Source: Squalus acanthias (Eukaryota). From it: a stretch of DNA of 64,000 nucleotides. The stretch is from the NCBI GenBank assembly GCA_030390025.1, contig JASTWF010000036.1, positions 2,232,001 to 2,296,000 on the forward strand. The letters are read 5' to 3'. Position 1 is the stretch's first letter. Every line of letters begins with the position of its first letter. Positions 1-11,597 of the stretch are shown here, in pieces. The position numbers were made by a program, and so were the translations under genes. Under the pieces are notes generated by a model, which did not search any database, was not told where the DNA came from, and saw nothing but the letters and a program-made list of their open reading frames with translations.

Positions 1-1764
1 TAACTGGACATGGATTCTGGATGGAGAGGGCCTGATGGGATAAAGGGCCTCTTCTCATTCTGGATTTGGATGTTCTTATTCAATTAGCAACACAGCATCT
101 TAAATGCCCACCTGAGCAGGCAGACGAGACCTTGGTTCAACCGCTTATCTGAAGGATGCTTTCCCTCTTTCACCCTAAACTTAAGAGGCCAAAAATCCAC
201 TGTAAGAGCCATAACTCAGTCAGGAGCGCGCTGGAAGGGGTGCAGACTAGGCCCGGTTCTGGCTTTCACTGGGAGCTCTCTGGATGGCCTGTTGGGGGTG
301 GAGCCTCCACCCACCAACAAATAAAGGCATTGATGCGGGAGAGGGGACACTTTCCTCGCTGTCAGGGGGAACCAGACATTTCATTGGCGTTGGTACGCCC
401 GGCAGGACCAGGCTGAATGGTGGAAATGGACCCCACCTGGCGGTTTAGGCTGGGATTGCGGCCTAGAATGCTGAAGAGAATTTTAAAAATTAAAATTATT
501 TCGGGGCAGCCCCCTTATTTGCGAGGGCATTTTCCAAGTTATTCCTGGGTGGGGGTGGCGGGAGGAGGAAGAGATCGCCCGCCCCGGGATCAGTGAGTCA
601 CACCACTATTTGTGACCTCTGGTTAAAGACTGGTGTCAAAGATGCACCCCGAGTGAGGTGGGAAGCTGCCGGTGGCATTAAAATCAACGAATCTCCCGCT
701 GACTCCCTGCAAACTTGGCAGTGCCAGCGGCAGAGGCGGACGCACCTTGGTGCTTATGCCAAGATTGACTCTCCCACCGATTTTTGGGGCCGTACCGTTT
801 TGTCTGGGCGAAGATCCCCTCTTGTTGAGAGTTGCGAGTGGAAATAGGATCTTCCCGCCCCCTCACAGTTTAGAAATGATCCATAACTCGGGTTGCCTCC
901 TTCCAGAAGATTGTCAGAAACTTCAGAGGAAACAGTCTTCTGAAATAATGGAAAATGAATAGCTGGAAATGTACAAAATGAAACATATTCTAGCAGTCTA
1001 GCATCTTGCACAGATTTTGAGTGCCCAACACAAAGACAGATCACCTTAAATTCAAGGAATGGTCAACCCCTCTAGAAAACGTGTATTAACTGTATTGCTA
1101 AGTATTATTAATGCTCGGCTCCTACCCATGAAGCATTCTGGACTAGTTTAGAGATATTGCCAAGTAAACGCCAGCACGCTATGCCATGGAGTCATAGGAC
1201 AAAGGCTTGTGCTACATGGCAATGGTGCCAATCTGAACCATATTGCTTGCCCGGGGGGGCGGGGAAGGGTTACACAGGTCAGTGGGAATGGTAGAAGCCA
1301 GCGATCAAGGTCAGGACACCTGCTTGGATTCTTTTCTGGGGACAGAAGGAGCGAACACTCCCAAAGTCAGCTTTAGAGCAGCCAGCTGCAAAGTAAAGCT
1401 CCCTCTATTCTTCCCCAATGTCCCTCAGATCCGACTTCAGAACAGCATCTCTTAATACGTTAATGTCACCTTTCCATTCCACACAACAGCCAGTCTACAA
1501 TCATTCCGAGCAAGAGTGGCCCCCCAGTTAGCCTGACGTTGCTAGTTTTATCACTGTGGGCCAACAACCATTAGGAACTGGCCAAAACTATTTCACATTG
1601 GGCTCGGAGTTAGAGCCGGAGAGGGGCGAACTTTCTATGCTTGGTCAGAGCTAGATTTAAACCCAGGCCCCAGATGTCAAAAGACAACATGCAAAACCAT
1701 TGCATCGCTCCAAATGAATCCTATTCATAGGTGTGCCATTCATAGTGCGCACTCACAGTGTTAC

Positions 1765-1889
1765 CTTCCCCTTTAACCACTGTGGTTTGGGGTGAACGAC
1801 AATCTGGTGGACAGCTATAAACGTCGGAGTGGCTTTCAGAGAGATCTGGGAGCAGATTGTCCAAACACTTTACCAGCCAAGGGTGGTGT
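1765..1889 (-). CDS. Candidate internal coding exon of an unidentified host gene
   Basis: Minus strand: long polypyrimidine tract + CAG acceptor (1890-1892); donor AAG|GTAACA at 1764, with alternative GTGAGT at 1756. Only one frame is open: xHHPWLVKCLDNLLPDLSESHSDVYSCPPDCRSPQTTVVKGE. No homology confirmed. Confidence 0.35.
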
Positions 1890-2706
1890 CTGGCATAGGA
1901 AAACCAGAAAGGAGTAGGGAGAGAAAAAAAAAACAAGGACTGAGACTCGTAATCAAAGAAATAAAAAGCTCTACATTTGGAGTAGGAAAGAGAACTTTTG
2001 AGACAAGCCCTTAACCACCAGAAAGTGGCCCCTAAATCCCATTGGAATGTTTGGATTGCAACAAGCACAAAGCCTGAGGAACAGATCACCCATGACCCAC
2101 TCCACAGTTGTATTTACTCACACGCAACATTTTAAAGAATGTTTTTAAAGAGAAACATTCTTAAACTTTTAGTCTCGAACTTCCTGACCATGAGAATTGC
2201 GATCGCTGAAGACCCTGGATACCAACAGGATATTTCAATGTAGAAAGAAAAACAACGTAAAGCAGGGATATTTCTCAGTTTATTGTGAGAATTACTCGAG
2301 ATTAAGTGATGCTCTCTGGTTCTGCACATTCCGCTAAATCTGTGCCATAATAACCAGTCTTGGGAAAAATGTATTTAAAATATACAGTGGAATATTGCCA
2401 ATCTGCCCTGTGAATTAACTGCCTCACTCATGTTACATTTAATACTGAAACACCCTGTAGTATGGGTTTAAATAAACCACTGCAATGCTAAAGGGACAAT
2501 GGTAAATTCCTCAGCATTTGAAACATCGAGCATTTGTGGATCAGGGTAAGCAAGGTGAAAAGCAGACTAAATCTCACGCTGCTCTGCCCCAGTAATACAT
2601 CTTAACCCCAAATTTAAGCCTGCTGTACCAGCATAACATCTCTATTTCCCGCATCGGCACCCTTTGTGGCCTCTCTTAAGGGAGCTGGGCATTTCAGTAC
2701 CAATTA

Positions 2707-3272
2707 CAGGAAACTCTTTGGTATCCGGCACCGACGGGACCGGGGTGGTGCCGGTTGATCGAAAGTTCCGGATAACAGAGAGTTATATCTACCGAGGCTA
2801 TTTTTAACAAAGAAAAATAAAAAAATCAAGAAATGTGCAGTATACAGTATTTGGGTACTCACCTACAGAATGTGGTGTTAAATGGATGGTGGAAGATGCT
2901 TGATTAAGTACAGTACTGCCAGTTGAGAGTAATCCATAACTCTTTAATTACTTAACAGTAAGTGAGACTCCCGGCAGCGCGGGAGAATCAACTCCTACTA
3001 CTGCAGTGTTTCGGAATTCCGACAGCGCCAGGAGGCCGAGTAGTGGCACTTTTGAAAACTACCCCTACTGACTAAATCGGCGTTCGCGGACTCGGGATCG
3101 GCAACATTGCCGGTTATTTGAGAGGAGTTTTCGGAGTACTCGGCGTTCGCGGAGACTCGGACTGCGACTCGGCAACATTGCCGGTTATTTGAGAGGAGTT
3201 TTCGGAGGATGATTTTTGCCGGTTAAGCGAGATTTCCGGATATTTGGGTGCCGGATAAACAAGAGTTTCCTG
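2707..3272. mobile_element. Tc1/mariner (pogo/Tigger-like) non-autonomous MITE
   Basis: 26-bp imperfect TIRs CAGGAAACTCTTTGGTATCCGGCACC / GGTGCCGGATAAACAAGAGTTTCCTG; TA on both sides (2705-2706, 3273-3274); internal ~60-70-bp direct duplication near 3078-3207. Confidence 0.85.
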
Positions 3273-3627
3273 TAGTGCCAAATTAAAGGCAGTGTTGTGG
3301 TCTAGACTCTTGTCCACTGGGAACTGGGCTGAGGCTGCCCATACCCATTCCTGCCCATACCCATTCCTGCCCATGGGAAAAGCAACTTCCTGATGACGTA
3401 GCTGACGTCAGGAGCTTGCTATGTGACGATTCATGGACTCTGAATTCTGCTCATGTCCCACCACACCGTGGCACAATACAATGGACCGCCAAGGTGTTGG
3501 GGGGTAACAGCTGTCCTCTTTCGGATCAGAAAGTCTGTGTTTTGTGTGGATTATTAGGAAATTGTAATATGCTAAACAGACACAAAAATTACATTCTTTA
3601 GAATAAAAAAGTCCACCTTATCACAAA

Positions 3628-4461
3628 GGGCTAGATTTTGCCAGCCCTGGGGAGGCGGGTATGGAGGTGGGACTGTCGGGAAAATGGCAGAATTTGGGGG
3701 CGGGTGCCCAACCCGCCTCCATGCCATCTTGCCAGGAGGCGGGTAGCCGTCCCGCACCGGGTCCCGTCTCCTTGGAAGCGGGAAGGGATTACAGCCCATT
3801 AACTGCCTGTTAACAGGTAGTTAACAGGCAGATAAGAGGATTATCCCCATTTTGCCCACACAAGTGCGGGCTTCCCGAAGGCTCCGAAACCCGCCAGGGT
3901 CACCGAGGCGAGCAGTGGGTCTGCGGGGGTCGGAGGGGTCCAAAAGTGTGCTGTGGAGGTGAGTGATGGGTGCAAGTGTGGAGAGGTGAGTATGTGAGGT
4001 AAGTGCAAATCTTAGAAAAAGTTTACTTACCTTTGTTTCTTCCTGCAGGCTTCAGTCGGTGGGTATGCAGAGAGTCTCGCACCTCCGCGGTAGAGATGAC
4101 AGATCGCCGCTGCATTCTCCAATGCAGCAACCATCTAATTTCTACAAAAGAAAGAGGTTTGATGAGGTCTTGAATTCAAGAACTCATCAAACTACAGAGA
4201 ATGTCACTGTTTGACAGCTTCACAGAGCTGTCAAACGATGACAATTCATCTGTGAAAAATTTTTGACAGATGAAACGTCATACGCTGACATTTTCTGTAA
4301 CCGGCTTTCCCTTAATTGGCCTGCTAAGCCCACTGGGCGGACTTAACAAGATCAGTCAAGGGAAAATAGCGTGGGTTGGCCAGAAGTCGATGGAGGCGGG
4401 ACTGAAACCCGACAAGTGGGAGTCCCGCCTCCAAAAGCTCCCCATTGGCAAAATCCAGCCC
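3628..4461 (+). mobile_element. Harbinger-type MITE, family M1, copy 1
   Basis: TIRs GGGCTAGATTTTGCCA / TGGCAAAATCCAGCCC; 3-bp TSD AAA; near-identical copies at 48082-48916 and 60778-61596. Confidence 0.88.
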
Positions 4462-4514
4462 AAAGTGTTAAATTGGATTTTTTTTTAAATTCTAAAGAAC
4501 ATACTACTTTGTGT

Positions 4515-4643
4515 AATAAAAGCAGAGAATGCTGGGAACACTCAGCGGGTCAGGCAGCATCGGTGGAGAGAGAAACAGAGTTAACGGTTCAGGCCAACGA
4601 CCTTTGGTCAGATTTCCAGCATCCGCAGTATTTTGCTTTTGTA
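4515..4643. mobile_element. Short fold-back Penelope pLTR remnant (family A) with degenerate hammerhead
   Basis: Inverted pLTR segment joined to a forward pLTR end, both matching 30472-30608; 14-bp TSD ATACTACTTTGTGT / ATACTATTTTGGGT (4501-4514, 4644-4657). Confidence 0.75.
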
Positions 4644-5077
4644 ATACTATTTTGGGTTGTGTTTTGCAGGCATTAGTTAAGATTTGAACAAACTCAAGCC
4701 ATCATTCCCCTACCTCACCACGTTGTTAATTTTGTCCTTTGCCCTTTGTCCAGACTTGGCAAAAAGGTAGCAACCTTCCAAATTGTTCCACCTCACTTCA
4801 AATATGACATCTGGGGGCCAAAAATCCTGTCTTCCCTAATTTTAGTGAAAAAGTAGGCCTTAGTAAAAAAAAATGGTAGTCTACTTCTTTAGTGAACTTA
4901 GGAATAATTTAATTCATACAAAAGTGTAGTTTTAACATTCAATTTAAGAGATCATTCATTTTCCTCAAATTGTTGAAGTATTGAATTTGATAGTATCAAC
5001 AGAACATTCCTTCAGTGGAGGGCAAGGCTGCATATCCATGGCAACCCAAACCTTCTGTTCATACCCGTCCTTTAGAG

Positions 5078-5357
5078 GAGATGTTAGACTGAGGTCCTAT
5101 CTGCCTGTTCCAGTGGGTCTGGGGATATTAAAAAAAACTTTGCAGCATGATTTGAAGAAGAGGAGATTGCCTGGTGTCCTGGCCACCATCCCTCCCTCAG
5201 CCAACACCCCAAAAAGACAGATTAACTGGTCACCCCTTTGCAGCCTGTGGGGCACTGTTGGCACAGAATGGTTGCCACGTTTGCCCGTATAAGCAATACA
5301 TTGTGTGACGCACTTTTGAGACATTTCACTGCGATAAGGGGCTCTATATATGCAAGT
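5078..5357 (+). mobile_element. Old DeuSINE fragment
   Basis: Diverged match to the Deu-domain SINE copies at 22637-23102 and 42814-43361. Confidence 0.65.
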
Positions 5358-5494
5358 AAGTTTCCCAGTGAATGGAAATTGAGGATTTTAAAAAAAAATT
5401 CAATTTCAGAACGATTATGCAAGAAACTTACTAATTGGTTTTCTTTCCCAGTTACTCTTTTCCAGGAAAAACAAAAGGGAACGTTTTCCTTTCA

Positions 5495-5672
5495 TCACAT
5501 CCAAACATTCTGGCGAGAGATCTGAAGAATGCTTTGTTCTTCTGCTTCATTTACTGGATTTGATTTCACCTCTCCTGTGAGATCACAAAAGAGTCGTTTA
5601 TTTAATTGCTCAACTATAGCCTTCAAGATTGGTTCGTGCGCCGATAGCTTTTGGATGAACTGATCGGTAACT
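5495..5672 (-). CDS. Weak candidate coding exon
   Basis: Acceptor TGCCCTCTTCCTTCTGTACCCAG (ends 5673), then open frame VTDQFIQKLSAHEPILKAIVEQLNKRLFCDLTGEVKSNPVNEAEEQSILQISRQNVWM*. Protein-like but not recognised. Confidence 0.22.
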
Positions 5673-6074
5673 CTGGGTACAGAAGGAAGAGGGCATCAAT
5701 ATGAAAGTGCCATCATTGTGTACGTCACTTGTATTCCCAGATCACGAGCGGATATTCCCTGCAGACCAGGCATTCTGTATTTCCTTGATGATTTTCCGCA
5801 TTTTGTTTCCACAGACGCGCACAGCAAAAGCAAGGATAAATGGAAACAATGCAACACTTGAGTTTTGCTATACAGTAAAAACAAGTTACATCTGAGACTG
5901 ACCAACGCCATTAACCCACGAGTGTCAATTCTAAAGAAGAACCCGATATATTGCAAATTTCCCATTCAGTGAAGCTAGGTTGTATCTTCAAGGAGAACTC
6001 GGACATCTCAACTGTTCCCTTTCTCCTGCCCACTAACCCTGGTCTTAAAATGACTACATCCTGTCGACTTCAGT

Positions 6075-6517
6075 GATGTGGATAGACTGGAGAAGCTGGG
6101 GTTGTTCTCCTTGGAGTAGAGAAGGTCAAGAGGAGATTTGATAGAGGTGTTTAAAATCATGAAGGGTTTAGATCAGAGTAAATAAAGAGAAATTGTTTCC
6201 AGTGGCTGAAGGGTCGGTAACCAGAGGGCACAGATTTAAGGAGATTTGCAAAAGAACCAGAGGGGAGATGAGGAAAACCTTTTTTTTATGCAGTGAGTTG
6301 TTGTGATCTGGAATGCACTGCCTGAAAGGGCGGTGGAAGCAGATTCAATAGCAACATTCAAAAGGAAATTGGATAAATACTTGAAGGGAAAAAAAAATAC
6401 AGGGCTTAGGGGAAAGAGCGGGGGAGTGGGATAAATTGGATAGCTCTACCCAAGAGCTGGCACAGGCACGATGGGCCGAATGGCCTCCTTCTGAGCTGTC
6501 TCATTCTATGATTCTAT
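6075..6517 (+). mobile_element. CR1 LINE 3' fragment
   Basis: Degraded ORF2 C-terminus (LEKLGLFSLE..RGDLIEVFK) and CR1 tail ...GGCCTCCTTCTG...TTCTATGATTCTAT. Confidence 0.85.
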
Positions 6518-6903
6518 AACCATTAACATGATGCCAGAATGCACCTCTTTCATTTTTTTTTTAAATAGAAAATCATATAGTCTTCTCATATCGATATACA
6601 GGAATACCCACTGATATGGGAACAACCAATTACTGAGGCCTCTCGGAAAGAACTTAAGAAACGCATCTCCACTCTTGGATCATACACAAGTCTCAAAAGA
6701 ATGGGCTATATTTTTAGCCTTTCATACACTGAGGATATATTGTGATGCTGGGGGACACAGAGCATTGGCTACTAGAACTCTAGACCTAGAGCTATTTGGT
6801 GACTTTTGTCATTGTATCGCATATTGCAGTTCATTTTGAAAAACTATCTCATCTCCCGTGGAGTTGCTCACAGATTTTTTTCAAAAAAAGTGTTTAGTAG
6901 TGA

Positions 6904-7046
6904 TAAGAGCATAAGAAATAGGAGCAAGAGTAGGCCATACAGCCCCTCGAGCCTGCTCCGCCATTCAATAAGATCATGGCTGATCTTCGACCTCAACTCC
7001 ACTTTCCCGCCCGATCCCCATATCCCTCGATTCCCCGAGAGTCCAA
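6904..7046 (-). mobile_element. CR1 LINE 3' tail
   Basis: Reverse complement of the CR1 3' end seen at 51560-51720. Confidence 0.8.
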
Positions 7047-7879
7047 CCTAGATGATGGATGAAGCATCTTCTCAAGTGCTTCTTTCACGAAGCTATGCCT
7101 TTAGCAGGTAATGCGTTTTGATGTTACCCATCTCTGATGTCTGTTTTGCCCGTTTGATACGCCAATTGATAGGGAATTTCAACCATCTAACCACTACCGA
7201 AAGAGTTCAATCCATTTACAGGGTAGACGATCGTTTTGATCAACATCCTGGGTGGCATTAGTGTACTGCAGTTTGAAAATGAGGCGATGGGTGAGGTGTG
7301 GAAGGGAGAAGATGGTTGGTGTTAGGGTAGGGGCTTGGGATGGGATGGAACGGAATGGTCATGGGGTCCAGAAATACTTGAGGGCGAGCTTGGGAGCATT
7401 CTGTGGTGGCATACAGGAGCAATTGGAGAGGAGGTGGGAAGCATTAGAGAACAATAAAGAAAGGAGAAAGACCCTGTTGGAAGGGCCATGACAGCATGGA
7501 AGAAAGGGTTAGGGTAGGGGTGCAATTGGGGGAGCAGGGCCTGAGATTACTGAATCTGGGGCCCACGAGCTAATTTATCTAGAGAAGCAGGTTGAATTTG
7601 TCAAAACAAAGTCTCCCGGTTCAAAGGACAGGCAGTGGCCAAGGCCCACATGTTGGGAGTTTTCAAATGCGACTGCAGGATCTGTTTCTGAGCTATCCCA
7701 TGGTGTTCAAGCTGCTCGATTCTGCCCCATTAACAGGGGGAGGAACAACAAGCAAGGGACTGGTGGGACACGTCACAGGCAGAGCTGCAGCCCAAGCCAG
7801 GGATGGGGAGGAAACTGAAACCCAGTGGCAGCAATTCCGTTCAAAATAATCCTGTCAGGAGGCAAAAAGGTGAATCGCT

Positions 7880-8628
7880 CATTTAGTGAGTTGTCCACAC
7901 CGCAGGTAAAGGCTAGGACAGACAGTGAATGGGTGACCAAGAAGCAGGGCAATATCAGGAAGGTAGTGCAGGAGTCCCCTGTGGTCATCTCCCTCCAAAA
8001 CAGGTATGCCGCTTTGGATACTGTTGGGGGAGATGGCCTACCAGGGGAAGGCACTAGCAGCCAGGTTCATGGCACCATGGCTGGCTCTGCTGCACAGCAG
8101 GGCGGGAAAAAGAGTGGTAGGGCTATAGTGATAGGGGACTCAATTGTAAGGGGAATAGACAGGAGTTTCTGTGGCCGCAAACGAGATTCCAGGATGGTAT
8201 GTTGCCTCCCTGGTGCAAGGGTCAAGGATGTCTCGGAGCGGCTGCAGAACATTCTGAAGAGGGAGGGTGAACAGCCAGCTGTCGTGGTGCATGTAGGTAC
8301 CAACGATATAGGTAAAAAGCGGGAAGAGGTCCTACAAGCAGAATTTAGGGAGCTAGGAGCTAAATTAAAAAGTAGGACCTCTAAGGTAGTAATCTCTGGA
8401 TTGCTACCAGGGCCACGTGCTAATCAGAATAGAGAGAACAGGATAGTGAGATTGAATATGTGGCTTGAGCAGTGGTGCAGGAGGGAGGGATTCAAATTCC
8501 TGAGGCATTGGAACCAGTTCTACGGGAAGTGGGACCTGTACAAAAGGGACGGTCTGCACTTGGGCAGGACTGGAACCGATGTCCTCGGGGTAATATTTGC
8601 TAAAGCAGTTCGGGAGGATTTAAACTAA
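7880..8628 (+). CDS. CR1 ORF1 (5'-truncated), SGNH/GDSL esterase domain
   Basis: Motifs [20 protein letters not shown] and DGLHL in ORF 7825-8628; the first ~18 codons of that ORF are probably flanking DNA. Confidence 0.9.
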
Positions 8629-8675
8629 TATGGCAGGGGAATGGGAACCTATGTAGCGAAACAGGGGGAAGTAAT

Positions 8676-11597
8676 ATGCAGTCAGAAACAAATGTTAGAA
8701 GGGTGAGAAACAATAGGGGAAGGCCGAGTAAACAAAGGCAAGAAACACAAAGGGCCATACTAAATCATAAGTCTAAAAGGACAAAGGATGTTAATAAAAC
8801 AAGCCTAAAGGCTCTGTGTCTTAATGCAAGGAGTATCCGTAATAAGGTGGATGAATTGACTGTGCAAATAGATGTTAACGGATACGATGTGATTGGGATT
8901 ACAGAGACGTGGCTCCAGAACAATCAAGGCTGGGAACTGAACATCCAGGGGTATTCAACATTTAGAAAGGATAGAATAAAAGGAAAAGGGGGTGGGGTAG
9001 CATTGCTGGTTAAAGAGGAGATTAATGCAATAGCTAGGAAGGACATCAGCTTGGAGGATGTGGAATCAATATGGGTTGAGCTGCAGAACACCAAAGGGCA
9101 GAAAACGTTAGTGGGAGTTGTGTACAGACCTCCAAACAGCAGTAGTGAGGTGGGGGAGGGTATGAAACAGGAAATCAGAGGTGCGTGCAAAAAAGGCACG
9201 GCAGTTATCATGGGTGACTTTAATATGCATATAGATTGGGCTACTCAAACTGGAAGCAATACGGTGGAGGAGGATTTCCTGGAGTGTTTAAGGGATGGTT
9301 TCCTAAACCAATATGTTGAGGAACCAACTCGAGGGGAGGCCATCCTGGACTGGGTGTTGTGTAATGAGGAAGGACTAATCAGCAATCTTGTGGTACGAGG
9401 CCCCCTGGGGAAGAGTGACCATAGTATGGTGGAGTTCTACATTAGGATGGAGAAGGAAACAGTTAAGTCAGAGACCATGGTCCAGAACTTAAATAAGGGC
9501 AACTTTGAGGGTATGAGGCGTGAATTGGTGAGGTTAAATTGGCAAGCGATATTTAAGGGGCTATCAGTGGAAGGGCAATGGCAGACATTTAGAGATCGCA
9601 TGGATGAACTACAACAATTGTACATCCCGGTCTGGCGTAAAAATAAAAAAGGGAAGGTGGCTCAACCATGGCTAACAAGGGAAATCAGGGATAGTATTAA
9701 AACCAAGGAAGTTGCATACAAATTGGCCAGAAGTAGCAGCAAACCCGGGGACTGGGAGAACTTCAAAACTCAGCAGAGGAGGACGAAGGGTTTGATTAGG
9801 GCAGGGAAAATAAAATATGAAAGGAAGCTTGCAGAGAACATTAAAATGGACTGCAAAAGCTTCTATAAATATGTAAAAAGAAAGAGGTTAGTAAAAACAA
9901 ACGTAGGTCCCCTGCAGTCGGAAACAGGGGAAGTCGTAATGGGGAACAAGGAAATGGCAGATCAATTGAACAAGTACTTTGGTTCCGTGTTTACTGTGGA
10001 GGACACACACAACCTGCCGGAAATAAAAGGGGTCAGAGGATCTGGTAAGAGGGAGGAGCTGAGGGAAATCCTTATTAGACGGGAAAAGGTATTGGGAAAA
10101 TTGATGGGACTGAAGGCTGAAAAATCCCCGGGGCCTGATGGTCTGCATCCCAGAGTACTTAAGGAGGTGGCCTTGGAAATAGTGGATGCATTGACGATCA
10201 TTTTCCAACATTCCTTAGACTCTGGATCAGTTCCGATGGAGTGGAGGGTGGCCAATGTAACCCCTCTTTTTAAAAAAGGAGGGAGGGAGAAAGCAGGGAA
10301 TTATAGACCGGTCAGCCTGACATCGGTCGTGGGTAAAATGATGGAAGCAATTATTAAAGATGTCATAACAGACCATTTGGAAAGTGGCGACATGATAGGT
10401 CCAAGTCAGCATGGATTTGTGAAAGGGAAATCATGCTTGACAAATCTTCTGGAATTTTTTGAGGATGTTTCCAATAGGGTGGACAGGGGGGAACCAGTAG
10501 ATGTGGTGTATTTGGACTTTCAGAAGGCCTTCGACAAGGTCCCACACAAGAGATTGGTGAGCAAAGTTAAAGCACATGGGATTGGGGGTAATGTGTTGAC
10601 GTGGATTCAGAACTGGTTGGCACACAGGAAACAAAGAGTAGGAGTAAATGGGTACTTTTCAGAATGGCAGGCAGTGACCAGCGGGGTACCGCAGGGTTCG
10701 GTGCTGGGACCCCAGCTGTTTACATTATATATTAATGATTTGGACGAAGGGATTAAATATCTCCAAATTTGCGGATGACACTAAATTGGGAGGCAATGTG
10801 AACAATGAGGAGGATGCTAGGAGGCTACAGAGTGACTTGGACAGGTTGGGTGAATGGGCAAATGTATGGCAGATGAAGTACAATGTGGATAAATGTGAGG
10901 TTATTCACTTTGGTGGTAAAAATAGAGAGGCGGACTATTACCTGAATGGTGGCAGATTAGGGAAAGGGGAGGTGCAACGAGACCTGGGCGTCATGGTACA
11001 TCAGTCACTGAAGGTGGGAATGCAAGTGCAGCAGGCAGTCAAGAAAGCAAACGGAATGATGGCCTTCATAGTAAGGGGATTTGAGTACAGGAGTAGGGAG
11101 GTGATGCTGCAGTTGTACAGGGCCTTGGTGAGGCCACACCTGGAGTATTGTGCGCAGTTTTGGTCTCCTAACTTAAGGAAGGACATTCTTGCTATTGAGG
11201 GAGTGCAGCGAAGGTTCACTAGATTGATTCCTGGGATGGCCGGTCTGACATATCAAGAAAGATTGGGTCAACTGAACTTGTATCCTCTGGAGTTCAGAAG
11301 AATGAGGGGGGATCTTATAGAGACATTTAAAATCCTGACTGGTTTAGACAAATTAGATGCAGGCAGAATGTTCCCAATGTTAGGGAAAACTAGAACCAGG
11401 GGTCACAGTCTAAGGATTAAGGGGAAGCCATTTAAGACTGAGCTGAGGAGGAACTTCTTCACCCAGAGAGTGGTGAATCTATGGAATTCTCTTCCACAGA
11501 AGGTTGTTGAGGCCAGTTCGCTAAATATATTCAAAAGGGAGTTAGATATAACACTCACAACTAGGGGGATGGCGAGAAAGCAGGAATGGGGTACTGA
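8676..11597 (+). pseudogene. CR1 ORF2 endonuclease-reverse transcriptase, frameshifted
   Basis: APE motifs (LNARS, ITETW, MGDFN, SDH) and RT motifs ([38 protein letters not shown]). Frameshift from a small deletion near 10757 and a ~10-bp deletion near 11570; natural stop inferred at 11595-11597. Confidence 0.93.

Noticed and set aside
185..870. GC-rich segment as CpG island/promoter
   Set aside because: Resembles the degraded Harbinger-type MITEs elsewhere in the window; ends too decayed to call either way.
4579..4615. Functional hammerhead
   Set aside because: Core is mutated (CTGACCA, GAAC) and stem I is lost at the junction.
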